A stretch of 62,114 nt of DNA, filler included, from Rhabdomonas costata (Eukaryota), in assembly GCA_019059605.1 (NCBI GenBank). It is 28 parts of 28 records of this genome, joined end to end, with 100 filler letters (N's around TTAATTAATTAA, not from the genome) between each part and the next. Parts side by side here need not be neighbours in the genome. Positions count along the whole stretch, not along the records: positions 24,460 to 26,580 come from JAHMHO010005467.1; positions 26,681 to 28,802 come from JAHMHO010005468.1; positions 28,903 to 31,022 come from JAHMHO010005469.1; positions 31,123 to 33,243 come from JAHMHO010005470.1; positions 33,344 to 35,464 come from JAHMHO010005471.1; positions 35,565 to 37,686 come from JAHMHO010005472.1; positions 37,787 to 39,910 come from JAHMHO010005473.1; 21 more parts are not named here. The stretch is one strand, 5' to 3'. Of the stretch, positions 26,131-38,349 are shown piece by piece. The translations under genes and the position numbers were made by a program. The notes beneath the pieces were generated by a model, which saw only the letters and a program-made list of their open reading frames with translations, was not told where the DNA came from and did not search any database. Positions within the stretch are counted from its first letter, which is position 1. The number at the start of each line of letters is the position of its first letter.

Positions 26131-27974
26131 TTTTCGTTGCCTCTTTAATTCGGACAGGAGACAGTGGCGATGGTGATGGAGTTTTCGAGCTAATCCAGCT
26201 CCGGGAGATGGTGAAGCATCCGGGGACGTAAGCTTGGCAAAGGCACAGCCTCAGTGAAGGAATGCTGCTTTGAAAATAAGAAAACCCAACAAAGTCCTGA
26301 AGGAAAGACAGAGACAGAACAAAAGACCATGAGCAAACGCCCACACAATTGTCTCAGCATAATTTCACGAAAAGCGTGTTTTGGAATGAGATTTCGAATG
26401 GTTTCGGATCCTGCATCTCTTCGTCGATAGGTTCGTTTGCACCTTGCGCCAAAGCAATAAGCGGAAAATTACCGAGCTTCCTATGGGCTCAACTACACTG
26501 GTTGTCCTGTGTTGCCTCCCTTGCCGTTTCCTTCCGCAGGCCCCTCAACGGGCACCCCACCCCCCAAACACACCCACCACNNNNNNNNNNNNNNNNNNNN
26601 NNNNNNNNNNNNNNNNNNNNNNNNTTAATTAATTAANNNNNNNNNNNNNNNNNNNNNNNNNNNNNNNNNNNNNNNNNNNNCACCTGCACTTCCGTAATAT
26701 AAGAAAAAGGGCAACCTCTTGGATCCTTGCGCTCACTCCTTTTTCATCGGTTGGGTTTTCCTTCCTCGCTTTTCTTCTGCTTGCTTAAACCTCTTACTTG
26801 TCGGCGGCCTTGTTCTTGATAGGCTTCTTCGTCTCGCTGGCCTGCCGTTGTTCTCCTTCGTCGATATTCTTAGAATCCTGCTGAAAACAAACTCAGACAA
26901 AACTCTCCTCTCCAACCTCGCTCCATGCAATCCACTGTCCTACACTCACGTTTTGATTTCATCCGCTGTCTTCTATTGGTCTCACCCGCTCTGGAATACA
27001 CGCCTTCCATCGCTGCACTCGTCCTCGCTTGCATCCTTCGTTTCACTTTCTCATCATATTGCCTCTCTTCTTCTCTTCTGGATTGCTCCATACTTCTCTA
27101 GCCACACCTACATGACTTCTCTCTTGTCACACCTACGTGATCTGGGCCGTGACACCATCACCTGCTCTGGAGGAAGAGAACCAACGGTTCTCTGACGACC
27201 AATCTCTCCTCACGGCCTCACTCTTGTGCTTCCCTGCCTGGTCTCCGCGCTTATCTCCGTTAAAGCAACAGTGACTCCTGTCTTGGGTTTCTTCCACCAC
27301 ACAATGCGCACTTCCCTCTTTTTGCTCTTCATCTTCCGTCATAAACCTCAGTATTCTCGGTCCCTCCAACAACGGTCAATACTCTGCCTCGTCCAACGCA
27401 AACATCGCATAGAACATGACCTTCACAGCGCTACAGTAGTCCCACTTCTGGTCCAACTTTTTGCGCAATCCGGGTCCTGAGTTCTCAATCACTTTCTTTA
27501 CGCCTTCTCCACAGTGGTCCAACCACATCTTCGAACTCCGCTCTCTGACATGAAACTGCTTGATACTTGATTGCCTCTTGCAAAGCGACGCCACTCTGCT
27601 CGACAACCACACAATCAAAGCTTGAGTAGTTAGTCAGCACACACTTGATCAGCACTCACATACTGACACAAGCCCTACGACACCACGCCCTCGCCTCCCC
27701 ACGTCCACAATACCCAAACCGCCACCGCATAAAGCCTCCTCTGAGATGACCTCATCTGGGTATCTGCTTCGCCAGCAACTTTTTAAAAAGAAACAACAAG
27801 AAATGACTCTCCAGCTCACTTTCAAGAAAGAAAGGGTATCAACTGCACCGCCACTACCTCGCTGGCTCAACTCTGAAGATCCTTCTGCTGCATAGTCGCA
27901 CTCTAAGGCTTTGTAACTTCTCAATCCAAACTTCTCCGAGCCCCATTTACATCTTCTTTACACTACCCCCTCAA

Positions 27975-28420
27975 CTTCTTTACCGACTACGTACGAAAGC
28001 AATGTCGGCCGCCTTGGCGGGGGTCTCAACTCCGCATTTTCTGAGAAATAAAGCTTACGTCCTCTCAACCACCTCCGCACTATAATTTCCTCCAACAGAG
28101 TAAACCAAGGTGCGTCCGTCCAGTTTGCGTAACTGGCAACACTCGCGCTTTTATCTCTGCAAATATTCATCAGCACCAATGGGATTAAACTCCACGGAGG
28201 ATTTGCGTACAAGCAAACCTCTGGACTCTACTCATACGCGAATGTGTTACAGCCTAGCGCTGCCTCATCCCCCTCCTCTGCCGTAAAATACCTCGGCAAC
28301 TCGTTATGCCTCTTGGACGCAAACAAATCCATGCACGGTGTTACCCACAGCCTGTGGCATGCCTCTCTAAAAACAAGAGGGTCTAATTTCACCTCTTCTT
28401 CCGGACTGAACACCGGCTTA
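27975..28420 (-). mobile_element. Degenerate DNA N6-adenine methyltransferase (Dam-like) domain of the kind carried by DIRS-type retroelements
   Basis: KLDPLVFREAC..MDLFASKRHNELPRYFT..AALGCNTFAYE*..LYANPPWSLIPLVL..NWTDAPWF. An in-frame TAG at 28228-28230 replaces the usual Trp. Confidence 0.75.
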
Positions 28421-29259
28421 GAGTGCTCTCCCGGAAGCCTTCTTAGCATCACCTCTCCATATCGTCATCTCCAACACCATCTGACTGCATTGCACCTAAC
28501 CTGGGACCTTCTGGACTTCCACGGACCGTCAAATCTTCCTGAGATGCTCTGGCCCGCTTCAACTACTCTTCATACCCTTCTTTGCCATCGCTACGCCCGT
28601 AGTTCTCTCAACACTTCTCGCAACCTTCGAAGCTCCTCCACCTCTTCTCCAACACTATCGGTCAAAATCTCGCGGCGCAGGCGACTCTGAAACGGCTCCT
28701 GCCCGTCTCCTGATCTTTGTCTTTGCCTTCTCTCTCCTCGGTCTGAGACGAGCTTTCCAAAGCTCCACCTTTTACCTCACAGCCACTTTCCCCAACCACC
28801 ACNNNNNNNNNNNNNNNNNNNNNNNNNNNNNNNNNNNNNNNNNNNNTTAATTAATTAANNNNNNNNNNNNNNNNNNNNNNNNNNNNNNNNNNNNNNNNNN
28901 NNCCCCCCCCCCACACACACACACATACAATACAAGAGGCCCCCAACGTAACTGCTGAAAATCAAAATCAAAAAGTCGATCTTTCAAGACAAAAAATGTC
29001 ACGCTTCAAAGGTGGAGGCGAATGCGTCCTTTCAAAGGCGGCAGCGGATCCTGCGGTCTGTTCCAGCTTCTGCTTTTGCTCCTTTGCCCAACGGGGATTG
29101 GCTTTCCTGACCTCCCAAAGGGCAGCGTGTCCAAGAAATTTTGGATTCGCAGAAGGTCGCGAAACCACGCCAGGGCTGTGGTACCAATACACGAGGATGA
29201 TATTTCAACAATCGTTCTCCAAACGAAAAAACTGAGGAAAAAGGCAGAGAAGCGCAAGC

Positions 29260-29959
29260 CTGGTTGAGCTTCGAGCTGAATTCCAACCACTGATCCTTCC
29301 TCTGGCGTGGAAGCTTCTTCCACAGCTGACCTGAGTATCACCAGAGAAAAAGGTACTGAAGAAAACAGCAACATGCCCTTCACCTTACTGAGAGCCCATG
29401 GATGCAACAAGAGATGGAAAATCGCCACGCCCGAAAAAAGGATGGCAACCAAGGTGAACAAACTGCGCAAAGTACATTTCATTGTACCTCCCTCTATTTA
29501 TGTCCATGCAGAAAACGGATTTTCTCAAAAAGAAAAAGGTTCGGATATAAAAAAGTTCTGATGTTTCGAAATCTCTGGCCTTCACGGAAAACAGGATAAA
29601 ATCACCAACTCTCCTCCTCTACCCTTTCATCGCTTTTCTAAAAGGATCTGTTGGGGGACTGAAAAGGAAAGGTCGGCAGCGAACAAAATCCCCAATGAAA
29701 AGCACCCGTGAGCCCGCCAGGCCCAATTCTAGAACCTAAAGTATGGACCCAAGTATGGGGAACCTTTAAAACAGGAAACTGCCCTGAGTTGGGTATAGTC
29801 CTGTGCCCTGTCCGGTAATAGTTATACCCTAGGCAGCATACGGCATGGTGAGACAGGAGGGAGTCAACCAATCAAAAACTTTCGGTCCTCTGAGCTGGAG
29901 AGCTTCTGGATCTCAGGGTTCTTACGGGCCTCCTTTGCGAAGGCGTTGTAGGCTGTGAT
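29260..29959 (-). CDS. HMG-box protein, exons 29959-29869 and 29330-29260
   Basis: A GT-AG splice gives ITAYNAFAKEARKNPEIQKLSSSEDRKFLI/GQLWKKLPRQRKDQWLEFS, which fits the HMG-box pattern AY..F...R....IG..WK.L....K..W. Confidence 0.75.
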
Positions 29960-32900
29960 CTGCGACGATGGCCAAGACGAAACCAGAAACGGAATCACAG
30001 GTTTTGTAATGGCCGAAAAAACAAAGGGGCGCGTCGACGTGGGCAGCGAAGGTGCGAAACGGCGAACGATCAAATGGCTGCATTTCCAACCCAGGAAGTC
30101 AAGGACGTCATTACTAGTTCACGTTTGGTTCCCGTTCCACCAACGTCGTCCCACAACCCTTTTCGTCAAACCCATACGAACCCCACCTTATATGCAACCC
30201 TGGAACCAAGGCCGTACAGCAGGCACAAGAGTTAAGGTCAGAGTTTAAGCTCTAGGATCAGGAACAGGGTGATCAGGGTCTTCCATTTTGAGCACTCGAA
30301 TTCATTACAACACTGATGCAGCAGTATTTTCCGCGGGTCATGCATACCTTTCCGCCTGCGTGCAGGGGAGGGGGAGGGTGCTACGCCGCTTAAAGGCAGT
30401 AAAAGGAAGAGAAAGGGCCAATCCGGTTCTCGTTACCGCACGGATGCACAATGGAACAAAATGGACCTTTCACTTGCAAAGAACAACAAAAAGAAACACA
30501 GAATGGGAATTCTTGGGGTAACAACCCTCATGACAGGTTTCGGAGCAGCCTGAGCGGAAGCGGTCGGAGCTCCGAGGGCCACAGGGGGATTTGGCAACTG
30601 AGCTGGCCCTCGACATCGACCGCGTTTTGGTGTCGCCATCCCGCTCTTGAGAGGAGTGAAAACCGTCAGATACCTCCGGCATGCATCAGAATATAAGAGA
30701 GAAAGGGATTAGTTTTCGCAACTTGTTAACTGTTAACGGAAATCACTGATTTGACGAGGTCTCAGGAGTCGTCCCAGTGGCTTTACAGCGAAAACGAATC
30801 ATCCAAAAAAAAACATTCATCGCGGACCATAGACAACAGATGAGTTGTCGATTCCGGGAAAACCAACGAAGCTACAACTGTGCTTAGTGTACATTACATG
30901 CAAAACTTAAGGGTCAAATCCCGACCCAATAAACAGTTAACAATGACTCTGGTAGACGCGTCAGACGGAATCTCCGCCATCGGTGGACGAAGCGGAGTCT
31001 CAACCCTCGGAGCCACAACAACNNNNNNNNNNNNNNNNNNNNNNNNNNNNNNNNNNNNNNNNNNNNTTAATTAATTAANNNNNNNNNNNNNNNNNNNNNN
31101 NNNNNNNNNNNNNNNNNNNNNNTGTTCTGCTTTTTCTTGAGTGGTGTGAAAACCGCCTAAGAAATGGAAACCTGTCTCTCAATTCTTCTACTCGAGAAAC
31201 ACGCACATATAAATACACGAGGCTCTTCGTCTTGTGAGGTGGTATGGAAAACGGGGAACAGCAAAGCGCCACCTCTGCAGGGGCGACATTGGATGGGTCC
31301 ACGGGCCCTGTCGAGGTCTCTGTGGAACCCACTGAAGGGGAGCCAGCGTCACGGCGGTCAAGCACGGCTCCGAAAATCTGAACCGAAAAGCATTTTGGTG
31401 TGCGATGGAAGTTTGGTGTCAATTCTGGGAAAGGTAAGAAAGGCAAGACCGCTGCTTTCAGAAGGAAGTGGAAACGGGGATGCAATTGTGGGTCGCCCAC
31501 AGCCTTTCCATTTCCAACATAATGTGTTCCGCTAATCCGGCAGAAAAGCACAGCAAACCAGCCATTGCGTTCTTGCACGATAAAAACAGGAAAAGCAAAC
31601 CTCCACCTTACAAGGGCCCACCACCTCTCGCGCCATCTCCAAAGTGACAAATGAAGTCTCCCTTAATTACTCGTAAAACTTTTAACGGCAACCTTCCCCC
31701 CGTCCCCCGCCCCCAAAAAATAAAGTAGACTAGGAAGACTCGAAAGCAAGAAATTATTACTTGTTTGATCAACATGTTAGTGAAGATGATGCTGGCATGA
31801 TGGGGAGTCCGTGTTCAAACGGTTTCACACAGCACATTCCTCTGAGTTCTGAGGTACAGCTATTCTTGATTAGCCAACAAATCCAGAGCACCGAGATGCA
31901 CTCGCCAACGATCGTTCACAATGTACCAGTACAAGAACATCGGGGAGGAAGGGGAAGTGAGAGTTTTCGCACCTCCCCTGATGGCGGCCGCAGCGACAGC
32001 GGCTCCTCCGAGGTCGAACCGCACCCCGCAGCGCAGATCAAGGACAGCGTGGAGGCGGTGGGGCAGCAACCCACCACCAAAGGACCCACTCCCAGCAGTA
32101 CACTCAGCCACGGCTGGTTTCCCACACGCAGCACCGGTCGGAAGTCCTGTGGGAACGGGCAGACCCATGGCTGTTTTCCCCATCGCTCAAAACTCTCGCC
32201 CGCAAGTGCACACACTCTTTTCCTTGACCTGTTTCAGTTTTGCTTCAAACTCTTAGCTATTTTTTCCGCACCACAAAACTCTCGCATGTACGCACATACT
32301 CTCTCCTTACCCTGAATCAGTTTTACTGAACAGATTAAACGGAACCGCAGATCAAACACCCTATCGGACTGGGATGCCGTTTTATCGCAGAGGGTCATGA
32401 ACTGAGGAGACGTCATCTTTGGATGTGAGCGGAGCGCGAACCCCCCCCCCCCCATTCAACTTGAGCAGCGGTTAGGTTACAATGACAAGTTTCCCAAGTT
32501 TCCATTATTTCGCTTTGAATTCTGGCGGTGTGCTTATAGTCCGTTTTGGGCCCAGAAGGTTCTTGTTGTTGTGACTAGCAGACTGCAACGCGCAAACTAT
32601 GTTCTCAAATGAGAACCGGCCGGCAAATCTCCGAGTACACTTGGATTTTGGTGTCCACATGTGTCCACGACATAAGAGATCTTGTGTGTTCGCTAGCGGA
32701 AGGGCATGTCTCGAAATGACATGATTCCACTTCGCTCCAAACCACAAATGCCAGACAACAGCACTGGCACAAAACTGGGGGAAATTGGGAGGAAAATTAC
32801 CGACCGTTAGCAACAGCAACATCCCGCAATGTTCGACTGTCCAACAGAAGAATGAGCAGAAAAGTTAAGCTCTGTGAAGGGGCAAATCTCTTTTTCTTTC

Positions 32901-34299
32901 AGAGACACCCCCGCTGGTCTCTCCTCGCATGAAGCACGCAGGACACATACAGTGATGCTGAACGCGATGACAGTGTTGGGGTAGCAGCAGTTTCCACCCG
33001 CCCACACGTGGGAGGCCGTGATGCACAGGCACCGCACCGTCTCCTCGACCCTCCCCAGCGCGGCAAAGGTCTGCACAAATACCCAACTCGCACACAAACA
33101 CAAGGTCTTCAAGGTCTGGAAAATCCCTGAAGTAAGTAATTCATATTCGTCTGTCCAAATCATGCGGATCATCACCGTAGGTTGTGGGGACTGCTTCCCT
33201 CCGCCCTGTCGCAGAAACTCAAAAATAAAGCTGTTCCACCACANNNNNNNNNNNNNNNNNNNNNNNNNNNNNNNNNNNNNNNNNNNNTTAATTAATTAAN
33301 NNNNNNNNNNNNNNNNNNNNNNNNNNNNNNNNNNNNNNNNNNNGTGTTTGTGGATCGCTGTGTGTCGCTGTCAATACAAACTTGCTGTAACGTGCTATTC
33401 TTTCAGCAGGTTATGGCAGTAATTCGCCGATGACAGACACCACGACCGACGTACAATGCGCAGTCGTGGAATCAAACCTGAAAGCCATCCGTATCCACAT
33501 TCATTGCACGGTCATTAGAGCCTTGCTGCTCAGGGTCCCATCTGCGGCAACCAGAGCAAGGTGCTAAGGTGTGTTCCAGCGACTCGAGAGCTCATCAAAC
33601 GCCGGGTGATCCCACGTGGCAAAACTATGGGCATGCTGAGTGACTGGCGTGGTACCGTGGCCACCATGAAGAAGAAGAGGATTCTGCGGCTGAAAATGAA
33701 GCACTAGGTCCCACTCGAGCCTGCTGATCCGCCGCAGCCGCATGGGCGGTAATGATGAGCACCACGCGCGCCTTCTTGGGTGATGAGCCCCCGACCGCAC
33801 GCGCTTGCGGCGGCTCTGCTGTGCCGCTACAGGTGGCTTGTACAAGGGGCCGTGTCCTCACGTCATCTGAGGAGGAGTCTTTGACGCGATGTTTCTGCAA
33901 CCGTACCAAGTAGCGGATCTTGGCCTTTCATGCTCTGATGAATGGATCCCAACATCTGGCCGGATGCTCACTTACAAACTGGTGCAGTTCTTTGGGATGA
34001 CACAGGATGAAGTGTAGGTACTATCAATTACCTTGTGCTGCATTCAGGACAAAAGCTCCTCTTTAGCAGCAACTTTATCCACTATACGCTTGGTGATGGC
34101 GCTGATACTGTAGCAGATATCGGCATTATTGCATGTATATAGCTGCTTGTGGTCCCCTCACACAGCAGAACAACAGGAGGCCTTGGCATCCATTTTGTCA
34201 AGTGGCACCGCCTGGATGAACGTATGGGCATTCACACAACAACCATGGAAATCGCCGCAGCGCGCTTCGTGGCCAGGAGCTGATGCGATGGCACGCAGA

Positions 34300-34738
34300 C
34301 GTGTCCTTATGGAGAAGTAGTCATAGAATACTATGCAACAGCGCAAACATCAGCGACCGTCAGGTCACAAAAAGATGACCAGTGACAACGAAGAGGTGGC
34401 GGGGACGATAGGAATAGTACTTCTGGTTCTAGGCATTGAGCCGATCACGCCGTATAATAACGGCAGCAAGGCATTTACAGAGAATGAGATGAAACAATCA
34501 AATGGATGATGATCGTCACCTCCACTTCTCCAATGCATGTGGCAAGCATTTTTCAAATGGCATATCTCTTGAGACAGCCGCTAAGAAAGAAAAAAAGCTG
34601 GTTCGATTTTCTTAGAATCATGAAGAATTTATTACTCCAGGAGTTTTGGACCCATAAATCGTTACAATCATTGAAGTTTAGTGATACGTCATCAGCTTCC
34701 ACATTTATACAACCCTGATTGAAGGATTCTAAACACAT
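34300..34738 (-). pseudogene. Possible eroded ABC ATP-binding (Uup-like) gene downstream of der
   Basis: An ATG lies just after der, followed by a Walker-A-like relic WVQNSWSNK and a Walker-B-like relic LEPEVLFL. Very degraded. Confidence 0.25.
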
Positions 34739-34829
34739 TTAAAGCGGAATTATTGCGTCACTGATACACCACTAGCTGTGCGTATAACAAATTGTTTTAT
34801 AGGTGGTGTCTATTTAGCGGAATATGGAT

Positions 34830-35464
34830 TGTGAGTCGCCTTGTACACAAACTCAACACCGCAAACAGCTATACCAAATTTTCACAAAAACTGTTGCTCA
34901 GATACTTCCTATATTTTTCGCTGAGCTCCATAAAGACCCTAATTCATATAGGTAGTGGCGAGTTTTTTTTACGGAATGTACTAATAGTGTATTTAATTTT
35001 CAGGTTGATTTAAAGAACTCAGAATATCTGTGCACCGTGTCACAGTTAACTATCATGCGACCACGTACACTACTACTCAGTTCAGGTAAAAAATAGTATC
35101 CATCGTGACCATCATAGTCTCGTAGAAATACCGCTTTATCTCCTCTAAAAAGGTTTTATCCAGTAGATCTATCTTATTTACAGCAACTACCATAGGCTTC
35201 TTTAGCATCTCTATGATTACTAGAATCCTCAGATCATGTCTCTCAACTGGAGCAGTAGCATCCAACATAAAAATTATGACGTCAGAAAAACTATCCGCTG
35301 CCAAAGAAGAACATAAAAACATCTGATCTACATCCCATCAATATATGCTTCTTCTACGTAGATCAGCAGTGTCGACGATGAAGAATAGTTTCTGCCTTCG
35401 CTTCAGAAACACCTGGACTGCATTCCTGATTGCTACGGCAATAGTACTAATCTATAGACTCTTG
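34830..35464 (-). pseudogene. der: Bacterial ribosome-biogenesis GTPase Der/EngA pseudogene (GD2 and KH-like domain)
   Basis: ISTIAVAIRNAV (for VSDIAGTTRD), IVDTADLRRRS (DTAG), stop, DVIIFMLDATAPVERHDLRI..KPMVVAVNKIDL, then out of frame LKIKYT..LSEKYRKYLSNSF. No introns and AT-richer than host genes. Confidence 0.8.
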
Positions 35465-35652
35465 NNNNNNNNNNNNNNNNNNNNNNNNNNNNNNNNNNNN
35501 NNNNNNNNTTAATTAATTAANNNNNNNNNNNNNNNNNNNNNNNNNNNNNNNNNNNNNNNNNNNNGGTTTTTGGTGTTCTTGTTTGATACGACAATGAAGC
35601 GAGAGGTTGTGATCGAGTGTTATGGGTGGTAATGCAATAGAATGGAATGGGT

Positions 35653-35700
35653 ATGGATATGGATATGGATATGGATATGGATATGGATATGGATATGGAT
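35653..35700 (+). repeat. Hexamer microsatellite (ATGGAT)8
   Basis: Read directly. It produces the spurious WI/MD/IS/IH repeats in the ORF track. Confidence 0.95.
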
Positions 35701-35741
35701 GAGTTTTGTGATAATTGGTGGGACGATGGACACGGCCACAG

Positions 35742-36314
35742 GGGTGGAGGAGTCTGCAGCGGAGCAGCGCACGGCAACTCTGGTGCAGGGTACTGGGGTG
35801 CTGCCGCTACGCTCCTTGGGGAACGCTGCGATGGCGTTCTTCTTCACTTTGGACGAGGAGGCACGCGCCCCCCCTCTCCCCTACTTTTCTGCAGACAGAC
35901 CAGAGGACCCACTCACCTTACGTTCACCACAACCACTTTCAGGGTTGCTGCGAGAAGGCAGTTGCCAAAAGAAAAATTACGACAAGCACAACGTCAACAG
36001 GTTCAGACAACGTGTGAGACAGATACAGAATGTGCTCGGTTTCTGTTATGTTGGCAACCGTACAAAAGGATCAAAAATCACCAGGGGAAACGGCTCACTG
36101 TATTCACCGCACATATTTCGCGGGAAGCGTGCTCGTTCTCTTCGCATATATTGCACACTGACTTATTCAGGCACAGTGTCCCACCCCCCTCCTTTTTTTT
36201 CGCGCCAGGGCCAGGAGGACATCGTTGTGGTCTCGCGGAACAGCACCGGGGGAGCCACTCTGCACGCGTTCATAAACAACTTCTACAACGACGCCTTCTT
36301 CTTCAAGAGCCTTG
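35742..36314 (+). CDS. ITFG1/TIP (FG-GAP repeat) family protein, exons ~35742-35860 and 36209-36314
   Basis: AAMAFFFTLDEE/GQEDIVVVS..HAFINNFYNDAFFFKSL matches AFFD.DEDG..DI.V..NNF..DAFF.K. The join needs a GC-AG intron at 35861-36208. Confidence 0.8.
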
Positions 36315-37809
36315 GTCTCCTCCCCCCCCCCCCCTCTTCCTGCCTCTCCCTTTCATCGGTTCCTTTCCTGTCCCCTCTTCTTGCGCACTTGAACACTGAC
36401 ACACCTTCCCAACACTTCGTTCCCTTCCTTGCCCGTCTGAACGCTGGACAATGAACCGGAGACTCTGCCGCATCCCGGAGAATGGTCGCGGATATCGCCC
36501 TCTAAAAACCATTGGAAAATTCTCTGCTCGAATCTCGGGATCGCCGGAAAGCCGGAAAACATGCAAAAGGCCAAGGCACCAGAAAAGCGAGTGCTTACAC
36601 CAAAAAACTATTCTTTTCTCAAATGAAATGCAATCATGCAAAAAAGCCGTAAACAAAGGGGATGCATCAACTGTGGAGTTATTGGAAATTTTCCGGAGAG
36701 ATGGAGGGGCGGAATGAGCTACTGCGCACACAACCTGCAAGGCAGACAATGGTGCCGAATCAGCCACTGGAGTGGAGTGTTCCCCGGGTTCGCACCACGG
36801 CTCAGCCCGCCGCATCCTCACGCGCGGCGGGGAGTCCGCAGAGTCAAACTCCTCTACAGGAAGTGCATCCAGATAAAGCCAGACCCGTCTGGACGAGGAT
36901 GCTACCCAGTACCATTCAAGCACACACACACAAACGCACACACACACACACACACACGGGCAGGAACAAAACACCAGAAGGGGAGCAACAAACGAGTTTT
37001 GGGTGTAACAACGACACTATCGGCGAGTGTGTGCTAGAACCTCACCCTGGATAGGGAGGAAAGTGGGGGAACGACTGCGTCTGCATACCAAAAGCTGCTC
37101 CATTCGTGGAGGACACCCCGCAGTCGTAGGGGCGGCTCCGCCTCTGCAAATGAGGGCGATGATTGAACAAACAAGAAACCAAACGTACCTACGCAACCAC
37201 ACGACTTGGCAGCGAGCGCAGGAAAATCGCAGCAGCAGCAGGGTGGTAAACCTTACAGACGAAAAAGGATCCCGCTGCTCAAGCTGACAGTCCAATGTCA
37301 AGTCTAAAAGGATGCTGACTAAAAGATTTACAACACCCGCCACAGGACAAACATGTAAAATCAATATGTGTTTGCAAGTTCTCATCACCCCAGACGTAGC
37401 AAAAAGGCATTTCTTTTTACAAGAAACATCCCCCAGCAAAGTGAAGCGCTTCCTCTTGAAGCACACCTCTAAAACGCTTCTAAGATGGCTGGAAAAATAT
37501 TTCAGAGTAATGCAACAAGGCTGTTGCCCGGGTTCAATCACAGTAAACTTCAACGCAAGGCAGGCTACACAACCTCAGTAACCAAAGAGTACACTCGGAA
37601 AACCACAGAACCGCAACGAGGCGTTCAATCCTGCCTGAGGAGCAGCACGCACCCTGTCCCTGTCTGCCGGAGGTCCTGACCCGGCANNNNNNNNNNNNNN
37701 NNNNNNNNNNNNNNNNNNNNNNNNNNNNNNTTAATTAATTAANNNNNNNNNNNNNNNNNNNNNNNNNNNNNNNNNNNNNNNNNNNNGTTGGTTGGGGTAA
37801 GCATGCACC

Positions 37810-38283
37810 CTCGTTTCGTTACGGGACCCCTTAGCGCTGCGCCCGGCGCGCAGCGCCCTTACTTGTTCTATAGTACCAAAACGTGATTTTTGGCGCTTTT
37901 TGAGAAAAAAAATTCGTCAATGTCCGCGGGCCCAAAAATCGAAAATTTTCATGAGGGGGGTATTAGGTTAGGGGTATTAGGTTCGAAAAATTAAAATCGT
38001 CGAATTTTTGCCCCGGAATTTTTCCATCGGATAGCCCACCCCCACAAACCTGGGGCTTGAAGGCCCTACGGAGGCTTGAAACGCCGACTACTTCGCGCAA
38101 AAAAAAAAGCGCAAAAAAAGTCTACACACACACGGACATTTTCCCGTTATCTTCGTATCTAAACCCTACACTACACTACGTTTCGTTACGGGAACACAGA
38201 CACACACACGGACATTTTCCCGTTTTTCTCGTATCTAAACCCTACACTACACTACGTTTCGTTACGGGAACAGGGGTATAAAA
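37810..38283. mobile_element. Putative HINE/DINE-1-like (Helentron-associated) non-autonomous element pieces
   Basis: CGTTTCGTTACGGGA occurs three times. A GC hairpin GCGCTGCGC-CCGGC-GCGCAGCGC is followed by CTTGTT. A tandem ~76-bp unit starts CACACACGGACA, and the block ends GGGGTATAA. Confidence 0.4.
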
Positions 38284-38349
38284 TACTGAAAAATGACGGC
38301 ATCCGAAGTGAGTCAGTGTTGGTGTACATATGTGTTCGTGTGTCTGTGC

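Noticed and set aside
35642-36454. 270-aa ORF with a WIWIWI repeat
   Set aside because: It is read-through of an (ATGGAT)n microsatellite, two ITFG1 exons and a stop-free intron.
38123-38270. Direct repeats as a CRISPR array
   Set aside because: Only two adjacent ~76-bp units, with no unique spacers and no cas genes.
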